Positions 9,109-18,389 are shown, counted from the stretch's first letter. The stretch: 64,000 nt of DNA from an uncultured Flavobacteriaceae bacterium (GCA_964432885.1 CAYSPG010000001.1:8619-72618), one strand, 5' to 3'. Notes: generated from the sequence alone by a model not told the origin. Translations and numbers: made by a program.

Positions 9109-10056
9109 TTAATAAGTTATTTGGCTTACAACTCGCTGAAGGATTTCGAAGGTGTTTTCGGCCATGAGGTTTTCTTTGTCGAGGGTAGGGTTTACTTCGC
9201 AAATTTCGAAGCAGCAAACTTTTTCGTTTTGGATTAGGCGTACGCAGAGGCTTCCGGCTTCTTTTTCGGTAATACCGTTGCGTACGGGTGTGCCTGTACC
9301 TTTGGAGATGGAGCTATCCATACTGTCGACATCAAAGGAGATGTAGATGTGCGTGCAGTGGCTAAGGTGAGCCAGGGCATCGCGTGCAATTTTTTCGACC
9401 CCGTTACGTTTTACTTCGTTGGTTGAAAATACACGGACTTTGTGTTTTTTGAGGAGATAGGTTTCTTCGGGCTCAACATCGCGAACACCAATGTAAACCA
9501 AATCGCGGTATGTTATTTTAGGTGTTACGCCTCCTACTTGCTTGAGTTTGTTCCAAAGTTCTATGGTTTCCTTATCGGGCTTGTTCATTTTGTTGGTGCC
9601 GTTATCTTCGTTAAGGGCTACTGCAAGTGGCATGCCGTGCATATTGCCGGTGGGGGTGGTGTATATGGAGTGAATGTCGGCATGGGCATCAATCCAGATG
9701 ACACCGAGCTTTGATTTAGGGTAAGCGGCTTTGATGCCTGCAATGGTTCCTCCAGCGGTGCTGTGGTCGCCAGCGAGTACGATGGGAAATAATTTGGAAC
9801 GAAGGGTATCGGCAACGGCTTTGGTAACACGCTCGTACATGGCAATGATTCCTTTAAGGCGCTTGGCATAAGGGCTGCCCTGGTACTCGAAAAGCATTTT
9901 GTTTTCGGTGGGCACTTCCATGCTGTCGTTGGTATTAAAGAGTGAACTTCCGTAATCGAGGGCTGCAATTTTAATGGCGTCAACGCCAAGGCTTGCCCCC
10001 CTGGTGCCGGCACCTATTTCGGATTTTACTTCAATAAATTTTATTTTTTTTATCAT
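9109..10056 (-). CDS. arginase-family metallohydrolase (arginase/agmatinase/formimidoylglutamase type)
   Basis: LAGDHSTAGG, IWIDAHADIH and SFDVDSMDS…GTGTP Mn-binding motifs. Start placed at the second ATG (MIKKIKFIEVKSEIGAGTRG). Confidence 0.8.
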   Translation of the reverse strand: MIKKIKFIEVKSEIGAGTRGASLGVDAIKIAALDYGSSLFNTNDSMEVPTENKMLFEYQGSPYAKRLKGIIAMYERVTKAVADTLRSKLFPIVLAGDHSTAGGTIAGIKAAYPKSKLGVIWIDAHADIHSIYTTPTGNMHGMPLAVALNEDNGTNKMNKPDKETIELWNKLKQVGGVTPKITYRDLVYIGVRDVEPEETYLLKKHKVRVFSTNEVKRNGVEKIARDALAHLSHCTHIYISFDVDSMDSSISKGTGTPVRNGITEKEAGSLCVRLIQNEKVCCFEICEVNPTLDKENLMAENTFEILQRVVSQITY

Positions 10057-10138
10057 AAAAGAAATTTTGTGGGTTATGTTTATCAACATTATTTACATTC
10101 GTGCACACAAACCAACTTATTAAACGCACAAGGCACAA

Positions 10139-11533
10139 ATGAAGAACCAATACATTGATTTAATACAGCAAAGTTACGATTTTCCGCAAGAAGGATTTGA
10201 GGTGATAGATAACAGCTTGCATTTTCATGGTATTAATTTGATGGAGATTATTGAGCAATACGGCACTCCGCTTAAGATTACGTATTTGCCAAAAATAAGT
10301 TCGCAGATACAAAAGGCCAAGCGCTTGTTTAAGGTAGCCATGGCTAAGGTTGATTACAAGGGGAGCTATTATTATTGCTATTGCACCAAGAGTTCGCACT
10401 TTTCGTTTGTAATGGACGAGGCATTAAAAAATGATATTCATCTGGAAACTTCATCGGGATTTGATATACCCATTATCCGTTCGTTATACCAGCAACAAAA
10501 AATTAATAAGGATATATATATATTGTGCAATGGATTTAAGCGCGAAAATTATATTAAGGGAATAATTGATTTGATTAATGACGGGTTTACCAATGTAATA
10601 CCCATACTGGATAATGTGGAAGAGTTGAGCGAGTACGAAAAAGTTTTTAGCAATACCAAAATAAAAGTAGGAATTAGAATAGCTGCCGAAGAAGAGCCCA
10701 ACTCAGAGTTTTATACATCACGACTTGGAATTCGTCAAAAGGATGTGATAGATTTTTATAAAAATACGATTAAAAAAAATCCAAACATCGAATTAAAGAT
10801 GCTGCACTTTTTTATAAATACGGGTGTGCGCGATACGGCTTATTACTGGAGTGAGTTGGCACGCAACGTAAACACGTATGCCGACCTTAAAAAGATTTGC
10901 CCTGAACTTACCGGGCTGGATATTGGGGGTGGGTTTCCGATTCGTACAAAGTTGAATTTTGATTTTGATTACCAGTATATGGCCGACCAGGTAATTGCGC
11001 AAATAAAAAATTCTTGCGATCAGCGCAAGGTGGCGGTGCCGCATATTTTTACTGAGTTTGGCAGCTTTACTGTTGGCGAGAGTGGCGCTATTTTATACAG
11101 TGTAACAGGCCAAAAGCAGCAAAACGATAAGGAGAAGTGGTATATGATAGACAGCAGTTTTATAACAACGCTGCCTGATACATGGGGAATAAAACAAAAG
11201 TTTATCATGCTTGCCATTAATCATTGGGATAAGGAATATGCACGTGTAAACCTTGGTGGTGTTACCTGCGATGGGGAGGATTATTACATAATGGAATCGG
11301 TAAAGAACCGCGTTTTTATGCCTAAGCTTGAACCCAAGGAACCGCTATACATTGGATTTTTTCATACCGGTGCATACCAGGAATCGCTGGGAGGATATGG
11401 TGGAATACAGCATTGCTTGATACCGGCACCAAAGCATGTATTGATTGACAGGACAGAGGAAGGTGAACTTAGCATGTGGTTGTTTGCGAAAGAGCAAAGC
11501 GCAAAGTCTATGATGAAGATATTGGGATATTAA
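10139..11533 (+). CDS. arginine (Orn/DAP/Arg family) decarboxylase, PLP-dependent
   Basis: 464 aa. Alanine-racemase-fold decarboxylase motifs (YYCYCTKS PLP-Lys region, LDIGGGFPI, GVTCDGED). Divergent from the arginase-family gene. Confidence 0.75.
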   Translation: MKNQYIDLIQQSYDFPQEGFEVIDNSLHFHGINLMEIIEQYGTPLKITYLPKISSQIQKAKRLFKVAMAKVDYKGSYYYCYCTKSSHFSFVMDEALKNDIHLETSSGFDIPIIRSLYQQQKINKDIYILCNGFKRENYIKGIIDLINDGFTNVIPILDNVEELSEYEKVFSNTKIKVGIRIAAEEEPNSEFYTSRLGIRQKDVIDFYKNTIKKNPNIELKMLHFFINTGVRDTAYYWSELARNVNTYADLKKICPELTGLDIGGGFPIRTKLNFDFDYQYMADQVIAQIKNSCDQRKVAVPHIFTEFGSFTVGESGAILYSVTGQKQQNDKEKWYMIDSSFITTLPDTWGIKQKFIMLAINHWDKEYARVNLGGVTCDGEDYYIMESVKNRVFMPKLEPKEPLYIGFFHTGAYQESLGGYGGIQHCLIPAPKHVLIDRTEEGELSMWLFAKEQSAKSMMKILGY

Positions 11534-11569
11534 AAGCGTTTTCGGTTTACCGTATACGGTTTGAAATAT

Positions 11570-11625
11570 TTTAATCCCTAATTCCTAAACTGTAAACCAT
11601 AAACCATAAACCATAAACCATAAAC
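11570..11625 (+). repeat. heptanucleotide array (NNTAAAC)n abutting the start codon
   Basis: Eight phased 7-mers. The last six are cctaaac tgtaaac cataaac x4, and the final C is followed directly by the ATG at 11626. Confidence 0.95.
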
Positions 11626-12999
11626 ATGACTATTGCAATAATAGGTGGTGGCTTTAGTGGAGTATGTGTTGCAGTGCAGCTTGCACGGCAAGCAAAAAAA
11701 AATATTCAAATCGTTTTATTTAATGCGGGATATCCATTTGCCGCGGGTGTTGCATACAGCACAGTGCATCCAATGCATGTATTAAATGTTCCGGCCGGAC
11801 GCATGAGCTTTTTTTTGGATGAGCCTAACCATTTTACAAGATGGATTAAAGGAAAATACAAGGATGAGTTTTTGCACTTTGGTGATCTACAACTTGAAGA
11901 TGCATTTTTACCACGGGCCGTGTATGCAAAGTATATTAATGATGTATTTGTAACCGAAATGATGACAAGCAGATGTACAGATTATTTGCTTGTTAGCGAA
12001 ACTGCTGTAAATATTAGTCATGCATCCGGAAAAATGGAAATGAAAACCCAAAGCGGACGAACATTGCCATGTGATGCAGTTGTGCTTGCCACTGGAAATG
12101 AATTACCGGCAACTCCGGTATTTATTTCGAAGGAGATGGCGGAGAAAGAGATTTATATTTCGAATCCCTGGTATTTTAAAATGCATAAGAACTATGAGTT
12201 AAGCCAAACTATATTACTGCTTGGCACAGGCTTAACCATGATAGATAATATGCTAAGCATTTTGAGCAGTGGATTTAAGGGTAAGATGGTGGCGGTTTCT
12301 ACCAAGGGCTTGTTGCCTTTGCCGTTTAGAAAAAGTGAAACCGACTATGGTATTTTAGAAGAGCTAAAAAGACCCTATATAATAAATACGGTTTTTGATA
12401 TTTTTAGAAAACACGTTCACCGTGTGCGTAATTATGGATTATCGGGAACGGCAGTGGTTGATGCTTTGCGGCCACTAACACAGGATATATGGAAAGAACT
12501 TTCAGTAGATGATAAAAAAAGATTTTTGGTGCACATAAGGCAACTATGGGGCGTGGCACGACACAGGCTTCCACTACATATTTTTGATTTGATGAACGGG
12601 TATATACAAAGCAAGCGTGTTGAAATAATAGCAGGACGCTTAATCAATGTGACTGTGCAAAACAATACAGCCGAAGCAACTATTGCGCTTAGGGCTACAG
12701 GTAAGAGGGTAAGTATTCCGGTTCAAAAAATTATTAACTGCACAGGCCCATTACTTGATATTACAAAGTCAAAATCAAAGTTGTTTCAAAATCTTATAAA
12801 AGATGGACTGTTGTGTGCTGATGAATTAAAGTTGGGCATTAAGGCCACTGCAGATTATGCAGTTGTTAACGCAAGTGGAAATGAAGTTGAAAACATGTTT
12901 GTAATAGGACCCATGCTTAAAGGAACACTGTGGGAAACAACGGCTGTGCCCGAAATCAGAAAACAGGCCGAAGAAGTGGCATACAAAATTTTGAATTAA
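11626..12999 (+). CDS. FAD/NAD(P)-binding protein (NAD_binding_9-like oxidoreductase)
   Basis: N-terminal IAIIGGGFSGV Rossmann motif and a second GTGLTMID nucleotide-binding motif; 457 aa. Confidence 0.65.
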   Translation: MTIAIIGGGFSGVCVAVQLARQAKKNIQIVLFNAGYPFAAGVAYSTVHPMHVLNVPAGRMSFFLDEPNHFTRWIKGKYKDEFLHFGDLQLEDAFLPRAVYAKYINDVFVTEMMTSRCTDYLLVSETAVNISHASGKMEMKTQSGRTLPCDAVVLATGNELPATPVFISKEMAEKEIYISNPWYFKMHKNYELSQTILLLGTGLTMIDNMLSILSSGFKGKMVAVSTKGLLPLPFRKSETDYGILEELKRPYIINTVFDIFRKHVHRVRNYGLSGTAVVDALRPLTQDIWKELSVDDKKRFLVHIRQLWGVARHRLPLHIFDLMNGYIQSKRVEIIAGRLINVTVQNNTAEATIALRATGKRVSIPVQKIINCTGPLLDITKSKSKLFQNLIKDGLLCADELKLGIKATADYAVVNASGNEVENMFVIGPMLKGTLWETTAVPEIRKQAEEVAYKILN

Positions 13000-13004
13000 A
13001 TAAG

Positions 13005-13077
<73 letters not shown>

Positions 13078-13125
13078 AATAGTTGTATCAACAAAGATGG
13101 TAATAATCTGCAATGAAAAAAAACA

Positions 13126-15432
13126 CTACAATTTTTTTGATAATTTTATTTCAACAATAACCATTTTACTTGTAGGTGTATTGCTTTTATCGGCCACGCT
13201 GCTAATAGGCACCAGCACGTTGGTTTCGGGAAAATAAGTGGCGCAACATTGTTCGGGAATAGAAAAGGAAACTACTATAAATTTTTTTGCCACACGCTCT
13301 ACATTATCGTGGTAATTAAAAATGTCAACCACATCGCCTGCTTTTAAATTTTGTTTGGCAATATCTTTTTCATTCATAAAAATAACTCTTCGCTCGTTAA
13401 GCACACCCCGGTAACGATCGTTTAAACCATAAATGGTTGTGTTAAACTGGTCATGACTTCTAATCGTCATCATCATTAGTTGGTTATTCGTCATTGGAGC
13501 ATTCGTAATTTGTGCAATATTGAAATTTGCTTTTCCTGTAAGGGTGTTAAATTTGTTTTCCCTTGCTGAGTTTGGTAAATAAAATCCGCCCAACTTGCGC
13601 ACGCGCGTATTATAATTTTCAAAACCGGGAATTACTTTTTCAATATCGTTTCGTATTTCATCATAATGATTCAGATAATTGTTCCATCGTGCTTTTGCGT
13701 TTTTGCCTAATGTTGCCAACACCATTTGGCAAACAATAACAGGCTCGCTTAACAATTCATCCGATATGGGTTTTAAATTTCCTTTGCTCATTTGAATTAC
13801 GCCCATTGAGTTTTCGGTAGTTACAAATTGATCTTCACCGTTAACAACATCTTTATCACTTCGTGCAAGTGTTGGTAGTATCAGTGCTTCTTCACCAGAA
13901 ATTAAATGGCTGCGGTTTAGCTTTGTCGAAATCTGTACAGTAAGTTTGCATTTGCGCAAAGCTTCGGCTGTGTAGGTAGTGTCGGGTGTTGCCGATAAAA
14001 AATTTCCACCCATGGCGATAAACACTTTTGCTTTATGCTGGTACATGGCATGTATACATTCAACCGTATCGTACCCGTGTTTTTGGGGTGGATCAAAACC
14101 AAAAACGTTTTTTAAATTATTCAATAGGGTAGTAGAGGGCTTTTCGTAAATACCCATCGTGCGGTCGCCCTGTACATTGCTGTGTCCGCGCACGGGGCAT
14201 GTGCCTGCACCGGGTTTGCCAATGCTTCCTTTCAACAAAAGAAGATTTACTACTTCCTGTATGGTGGCCACAGCATTTTTATGCTGTGTTAATCCCATCG
14301 CCCAACAGGCAATAATTTTATTTTTTGTTTTAAAAATTTCAGCTACCGTCTTTATCTGCTCAAAAGAAATTCCTGAAGCGGCAATTAGTTGTTCAATGTT
14401 TTGTTTTTTAAGGTGCGAAATAAAATTTTGGTAACCGCTTGTGTGTTCGCTTATAAATTTTTTATCAAAAACAGTTCCTTCATTTTTTTCTTCTTCCTGC
14501 AAAAGCAAAAGTTCAATAGCTTGCATCAAGGCCATATCGCCATTAATTTTTACTTGCAGAAAAATATCGGTAAGCTTTGCTTTAATTCCCAATGCGCCCT
14601 TTAATGTTTGCGGATTGCTAAAAGAAATCAATCCCGTTTCGGGCAATGGATTTACCGAAATAATTAGGCACCCGTTTTCTTTTGCTTTTTGCAAAGCCGT
14701 TAACATGCGCGGGTGGTTGGTGCCTGGGTTTTGTCCAAGGATAATAATTACTTCTGCTTTATAAAAATCTTCCAGTGTAACAGAGCCTTTTCCTATACCC
14801 ACACTTTCGCTTAATGCAACACCACTGCTTTCGTGACACATGTTGCTGCAGTCGGGTAAATTGTTGGTTCCGTACTCGCGAACAAAAAGCTGGTACAAAA
14901 ATGCCGCTTCATTACTTGTTCTTCCACTTGTGTAAAACACGGCTTCATCCGCTGAGGATAAATTATTTAAATGCGCTGCAATTTTTTTGAATGCAACATC
15001 CCAACTAACAGGGGCATAATGTGTGGCTCCGCTTGCAAGAAACATGGGCTGCGCAACACGTCCTTTTTTTCCTATCTCATAATCGTTCAACTCGGCTAAT
15101 TCAGCAACAGAATATTTTGCAAAAAATTCTGCAGTAAGTTTTTTTGTGGTGGCTTCTTCGGCAATTGCTTTGGCACCGTTTTCACAATACTCTGCAATGC
15201 GTGATCGCTCCTCATCAGGGTCGGGCCAGGCGCAACCGGGACAATCATATCCGTCTTTTTGATTTAGCGCAAGCAACGCTTTCATGCCACGCGCCACATC
15301 CATTTCCGAAAAAATATGCTCAGCGCTTGATAGCACCGCAGGTATTCCTGCTGCAACAGTTTTTGGCTTGGTAAGTTTTAAGCCGGTAAACTGATCAGGG
15401 TTTTCTGCGGAGGGCTTTTCTTTTTCTGACAT
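13126..15432 (-). CDS. FdhF/YdeP-family molybdopterin oxidoreductase
   Basis: 768 aa. N-terminal Cys cluster region (CPGCAWPDPD…CENG), NMCHESSG active-site Cys region, C-terminal molybdopterin dinucleotide-binding domain. Confidence 0.85.
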   Translation of the reverse strand: MSEKEKPSAENPDQFTGLKLTKPKTVAAGIPAVLSSAEHIFSEMDVARGMKALLALNQKDGYDCPGCAWPDPDEERSRIAEYCENGAKAIAEEATTKKLTAEFFAKYSVAELAELNDYEIGKKGRVAQPMFLASGATHYAPVSWDVAFKKIAAHLNNLSSADEAVFYTSGRTSNEAAFLYQLFVREYGTNNLPDCSNMCHESSGVALSESVGIGKGSVTLEDFYKAEVIIILGQNPGTNHPRMLTALQKAKENGCLIISVNPLPETGLISFSNPQTLKGALGIKAKLTDIFLQVKINGDMALMQAIELLLLQEEEKNEGTVFDKKFISEHTSGYQNFISHLKKQNIEQLIAASGISFEQIKTVAEIFKTKNKIIACWAMGLTQHKNAVATIQEVVNLLLLKGSIGKPGAGTCPVRGHSNVQGDRTMGIYEKPSTTLLNNLKNVFGFDPPQKHGYDTVECIHAMYQHKAKVFIAMGGNFLSATPDTTYTAEALRKCKLTVQISTKLNRSHLISGEEALILPTLARSDKDVVNGEDQFVTTENSMGVIQMSKGNLKPISDELLSEPVIVCQMVLATLGKNAKARWNNYLNHYDEIRNDIEKVIPGFENYNTRVRKLGGFYLPNSARENKFNTLTGKANFNIAQITNAPMTNNQLMMMTIRSHDQFNTTIYGLNDRYRGVLNERRVIFMNEKDIAKQNLKAGDVVDIFNYHDNVERVAKKFIVVSFSIPEQCCATYFPETNVLVPISSVADKSNTPTSKMVIVEIKLSKKL

Positions 15433-15449
15433 TGTTTATCTACGAAATG

Positions 15450-15457
15450 CAAATTTA
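15450..15457 (-). promoter_or_regulatory. -7 promoter box (TAaaTTTG) for the YdeP-family gene
   Basis: Exact TAnnTTTG on the minus strand, 17 nt upstream of the ATG at 15432. Confidence 0.4.
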
Positions 15458-15929
15458 TGAATGTGAAACTACGAAATATTGTACGAAGTGAAATCCCGAT
15501 TTATTTTGGGACGAATTGAAGTGAGATGCTTTATCATTCATGAATTCAATAATTAAAATAGATAAACAAATGAATAATTACGCAATGGTGATGCGAATTT
15601 CAGAATCGGGGTAAAATTATTTCTTACTACATACGGAGTTAAGTTTTTAATTCGCTTGTTGCATGACTAAAATTTAGCTTTTCATTTTAGATGCCTTGGC
15701 TTTGTAGCATCTCTTTTTCTACTATTTGAATTTAATCGGACACAGTGTTTTACCATATTAACCAGTTTTTAATGGTTCGTCTTTAGTTCTAGCTAAGCAG
15801 TTTATAGTTTTTGTTAATTTGTTTGAGAGTTGGTTTGCAAAACAATGTGACTAATACACCCTAACCGGCAACTAAAAAACTAAAACAAGGCACTAATAAC
15901 TAATAATAATAAACATTTCTTAGGCATAG

Positions 15930-17045
15930 TTAAAAATCAAACTTTATAAACGAAGTTCCGTTAAATTTATATACGCCTTTGCCTTCTGCACCAAACCAAA
16001 GTTCTCCGTTTTTGTCTTTGTAAATAACAAGTATGGCATCACTTGGCAACCCATGTACGGTGGTGTAGTTAGTTAATTTATCGCCATCATATTTCCAAAC
16101 TCCGGCATCAATAGTTCCTATCCAAAGGTTGCTGTAATTGTCTTCGTTAATGGTCCACACACGAGCCATGGTTCCCGGATACTTTTTTGAAACAGATGAA
16201 TACGTAAAAAATTCAGGATTGCCCAATCCTTTTTCATCGGTTATATTTCTAAGAATATTTCCGTTGTACATAAACAATCCTGAACCATTATTTCCAAACC
16301 AAAAATTTCCTTTGCTGTCTTCAAACAAAGCACGCACTGCCGGGCCGTTTAACCCTTTTTCGGTAAACCATTTAAAAGAACTTCCGTTATACATGCATAC
16401 ACCCATTGTTTGTGTACCAAACCAAAGGTTTCCATTTTTATCTTTTAAAAAACTATAAACACCATATTTACTTAAACTACTTGCAGCACTTTGCAAAAGA
16501 AATGAATCACTATCTGCTTTTGCAAACGGGAGATATTCAAAAGAATGGTTGCTGTAACGATAAGTCCCTCCGCCACCATAAAACCACATATCGTTTGCTT
16601 GTTTGCTCCAACTATTGTTTACGCTCTTTTCAAAAGTCAAATTTTTGTTATTTGTAAATGTTGTAAAAGTTTTTCCATCAAAACGTGTTACCCCAAACCC
16701 ACCCGTGCCAAACCAAATATTGCCCTGGTTGTCTTCTTGTATAATTTGAATTTGGTCATCAGCTAAGCCATCCCTGGTTGTAAACAATAGCAATGTATTT
16801 CCATTATAGCGATATACACCACCATTATCAGTACCAAACCAATAATTGTTTTTGCTGTCCTGCAAAATGCATCGTATGTCACTTCCTATTTCGGTAACTA
16901 TATTTGATTTAAAAATAAGAGCCGTTGAGTCCTGCGCTATAATGTTTGTTTTATTAACAACATGGGTAGTTGAATTTGTATGATTGTTCTCTGCAGCGCA
17001 GGAAAAAAAAACTACTAGGCATGAAAGCAAAAAGATATTTTGCAT
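15930..17045 (-). CDS. secreted stand-alone two-component-regulator propeller (Reg_prop) repeat protein
   Basis: Signal peptide. About 7 repeats of the N[IL]WFGTxxxGVxxY[DN]G type (NYWFGTDNGGVYRYNG, NIWFGTGGFGVTRFDG, NLWIGTIDAGVWKYDG…). Confidence 0.7.
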   Translation of the reverse strand: MQNIFLLSCLVVFFSCAAENNHTNSTTHVVNKTNIIAQDSTALIFKSNIVTEIGSDIRCILQDSKNNYWFGTDNGGVYRYNGNTLLLFTTRDGLADDQIQIIQEDNQGNIWFGTGGFGVTRFDGKTFTTFTNNKNLTFEKSVNNSWSKQANDMWFYGGGGTYRYSNHSFEYLPFAKADSDSFLLQSAASSLSKYGVYSFLKDKNGNLWFGTQTMGVCMYNGSSFKWFTEKGLNGPAVRALFEDSKGNFWFGNNGSGLFMYNGNILRNITDEKGLGNPEFFTYSSVSKKYPGTMARVWTINEDNYSNLWIGTIDAGVWKYDGDKLTNYTTVHGLPSDAILVIYKDKNGELWFGAEGKGVYKFNGTSFIKFDF

Positions 17046-17094
17046 ACTCCTGAATTTATTTCAACATCCATTTTTCTTATCATCAAACTCCAAA

Positions 17095-17463
17095 CTATTT
17101 CCCCGCATTCGGATTTTCATAATTGTCACTTTGGTCTTCGGCTACGTTATCCAAACATTTAAAATCTTTCTCTATCAAGAGAAATAATTTTTTATTGTTA
17201 CCTGTTTCCATTTCTCCTTCAATCCCAACTTGATTTGTTGTTGTCCATACATACGCAACAGATGTTGGAATTAACAGCGTAATTTTATTTTGGATAAAAG
17301 TCGCAGAAATACTTTTTACATCTGCTGAACTCTGCAAAGCATAAATAAAAACTGCGTTGCCAAATTCTGTTTTTTCCTCCAGGTAATTTTCTTTGCCAAA
17401 ATAGTTCACTTCACTTTTTGTAAGGCGTATGCGAAGTGAGTTTCCTTTTATTCGTAGTTTCAT
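17095..17463 (-). CDS. hypothetical protein
   Basis: 122-aa ORF in the same orientation as its neighbours. No motif recognised. Confidence 0.4.
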   Translation of the reverse strand: MKLRIKGNSLRIRLTKSEVNYFGKENYLEEKTEFGNAVFIYALQSSADVKSISATFIQNKITLLIPTSVAYVWTTTNQVGIEGEMETGNNKKLFLLIEKDFKCLDNVAEDQSDNYENPNAGK

Positions 17464-17555
17464 ATTGGTTTTTTTTTGAACGCAGATTTTAATGATGTTG
17501 ATGATGTATTAAGATATTAAACTGCTAAACCATAAGCACATTTAAAATCAGCGTT

Positions 17556-18377
17556 CTATTTAATTCGCTCTTTCCCACAATAAATATTAAAGCGTTGTTC
17601 GCGTAAAAATCCAATCAATGTAATATCAAACTCTTTTGCAAGTTCAACTGCCAAACTCGATGGCGCGCCAACGGCTGCTACAAATTTTATTCCTGCCATT
17701 GCAGCTTTTTGAATCAATTCAAAACTTGCACGGCCGCTTAGTAGTAAAATAAAATTTGAAAGCGGCAACATATCTTTAATTAATGCAGCTCCAATTAATT
17801 TGTCCAATGCATTGTGCCGCCCAACATCTTCGCGCAGTAAAAGTAAATTTCCTGTTTCATCAAATACTGCACTTGCATGTAAACCGCCTGTGCTATCAAA
17901 AACACGTTGTTGTTCTCTTAATTTATGTGGAAGCGAGTAAAGCAACGATGTTGAATATTGAATATTTAGTGTTGAATGTTGATTATTTTTTGCCACACGA
18001 ACAGATTCAATGGAACTTTTCCCACACACCCCACAACTTGAAGTGGTATAAAAATGCCGCTCTAGTTTTTGTAAATCCGGATTTGCTTCCTCGGTAAGTT
18101 CAACGATAATTTTATTTGCACCGGGTGTGTCCGCAAATATTTTTGAAATTTGCTGCTGATGATGAATGATTCCTTCGGTAAACAAAAACCCTGTGGCAAG
18201 TTCGGCATCGTGGCCGGGCGTGCGCATGGTTACCGATATGCTTTTTTTTACGTGCCTCAGTGCTACACCATACTGCAAACTTATTTCCAATGGTTCTTCC
18301 ACAGCAAGCATATCGCTGTCATCTTTTTTTATGCTGTTAATAACGCGCGTTACCGGAAGTGTAAAGGTAGAGGGCAT
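17556..18377 (-). CDS. fdhD: formate dehydrogenase accessory sulfurtransferase FdhD
   Basis: 273 aa. VEEPLEISL, SSCGVCGK and GGLHASAVF…EDVGRHNALDKLIG motifs. Confidence 0.9.
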   Translation of the reverse strand: MPSTFTLPVTRVINSIKKDDSDMLAVEEPLEISLQYGVALRHVKKSISVTMRTPGHDAELATGFLFTEGIIHHQQQISKIFADTPGANKIIVELTEEANPDLQKLERHFYTTSSCGVCGKSSIESVRVAKNNQHSTLNIQYSTSLLYSLPHKLREQQRVFDSTGGLHASAVFDETGNLLLLREDVGRHNALDKLIGAALIKDMLPLSNFILLLSGRASFELIQKAAMAGIKFVAAVGAPSSLAVELAKEFDITLIGFLREQRFNIYCGKERIK

Positions 18378-18381
18378 AGGG

Positions 18382-18389
18382 CAAAAATA
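18382..18389 (-). promoter_or_regulatory. -7 box TAttTTTG placed 4 nt before the fdhD ATG (predicted leaderless transcript)
   Basis: Minus strand reads TATTTTTG-CCCT-ATG. Confidence 0.45.

Noticed and set aside
9618-10013. 131-aa minus-strand ORF (Pro/Thr/Ser-rich) and 9442-9714 plus-strand ORF
   Set aside because: Both lie inside the well-supported arginase-family CDS in other frames or on the other strand. They have no motifs and biased composition.
13126-15432. Possible selenocysteine (TGA) recoding in the FdhF/YdeP-family gene
   Set aside because: The ORF is uninterrupted and the active-site position is a Cys (NMCHESSG). No in-frame TGA or SECIS-like hairpin is needed.
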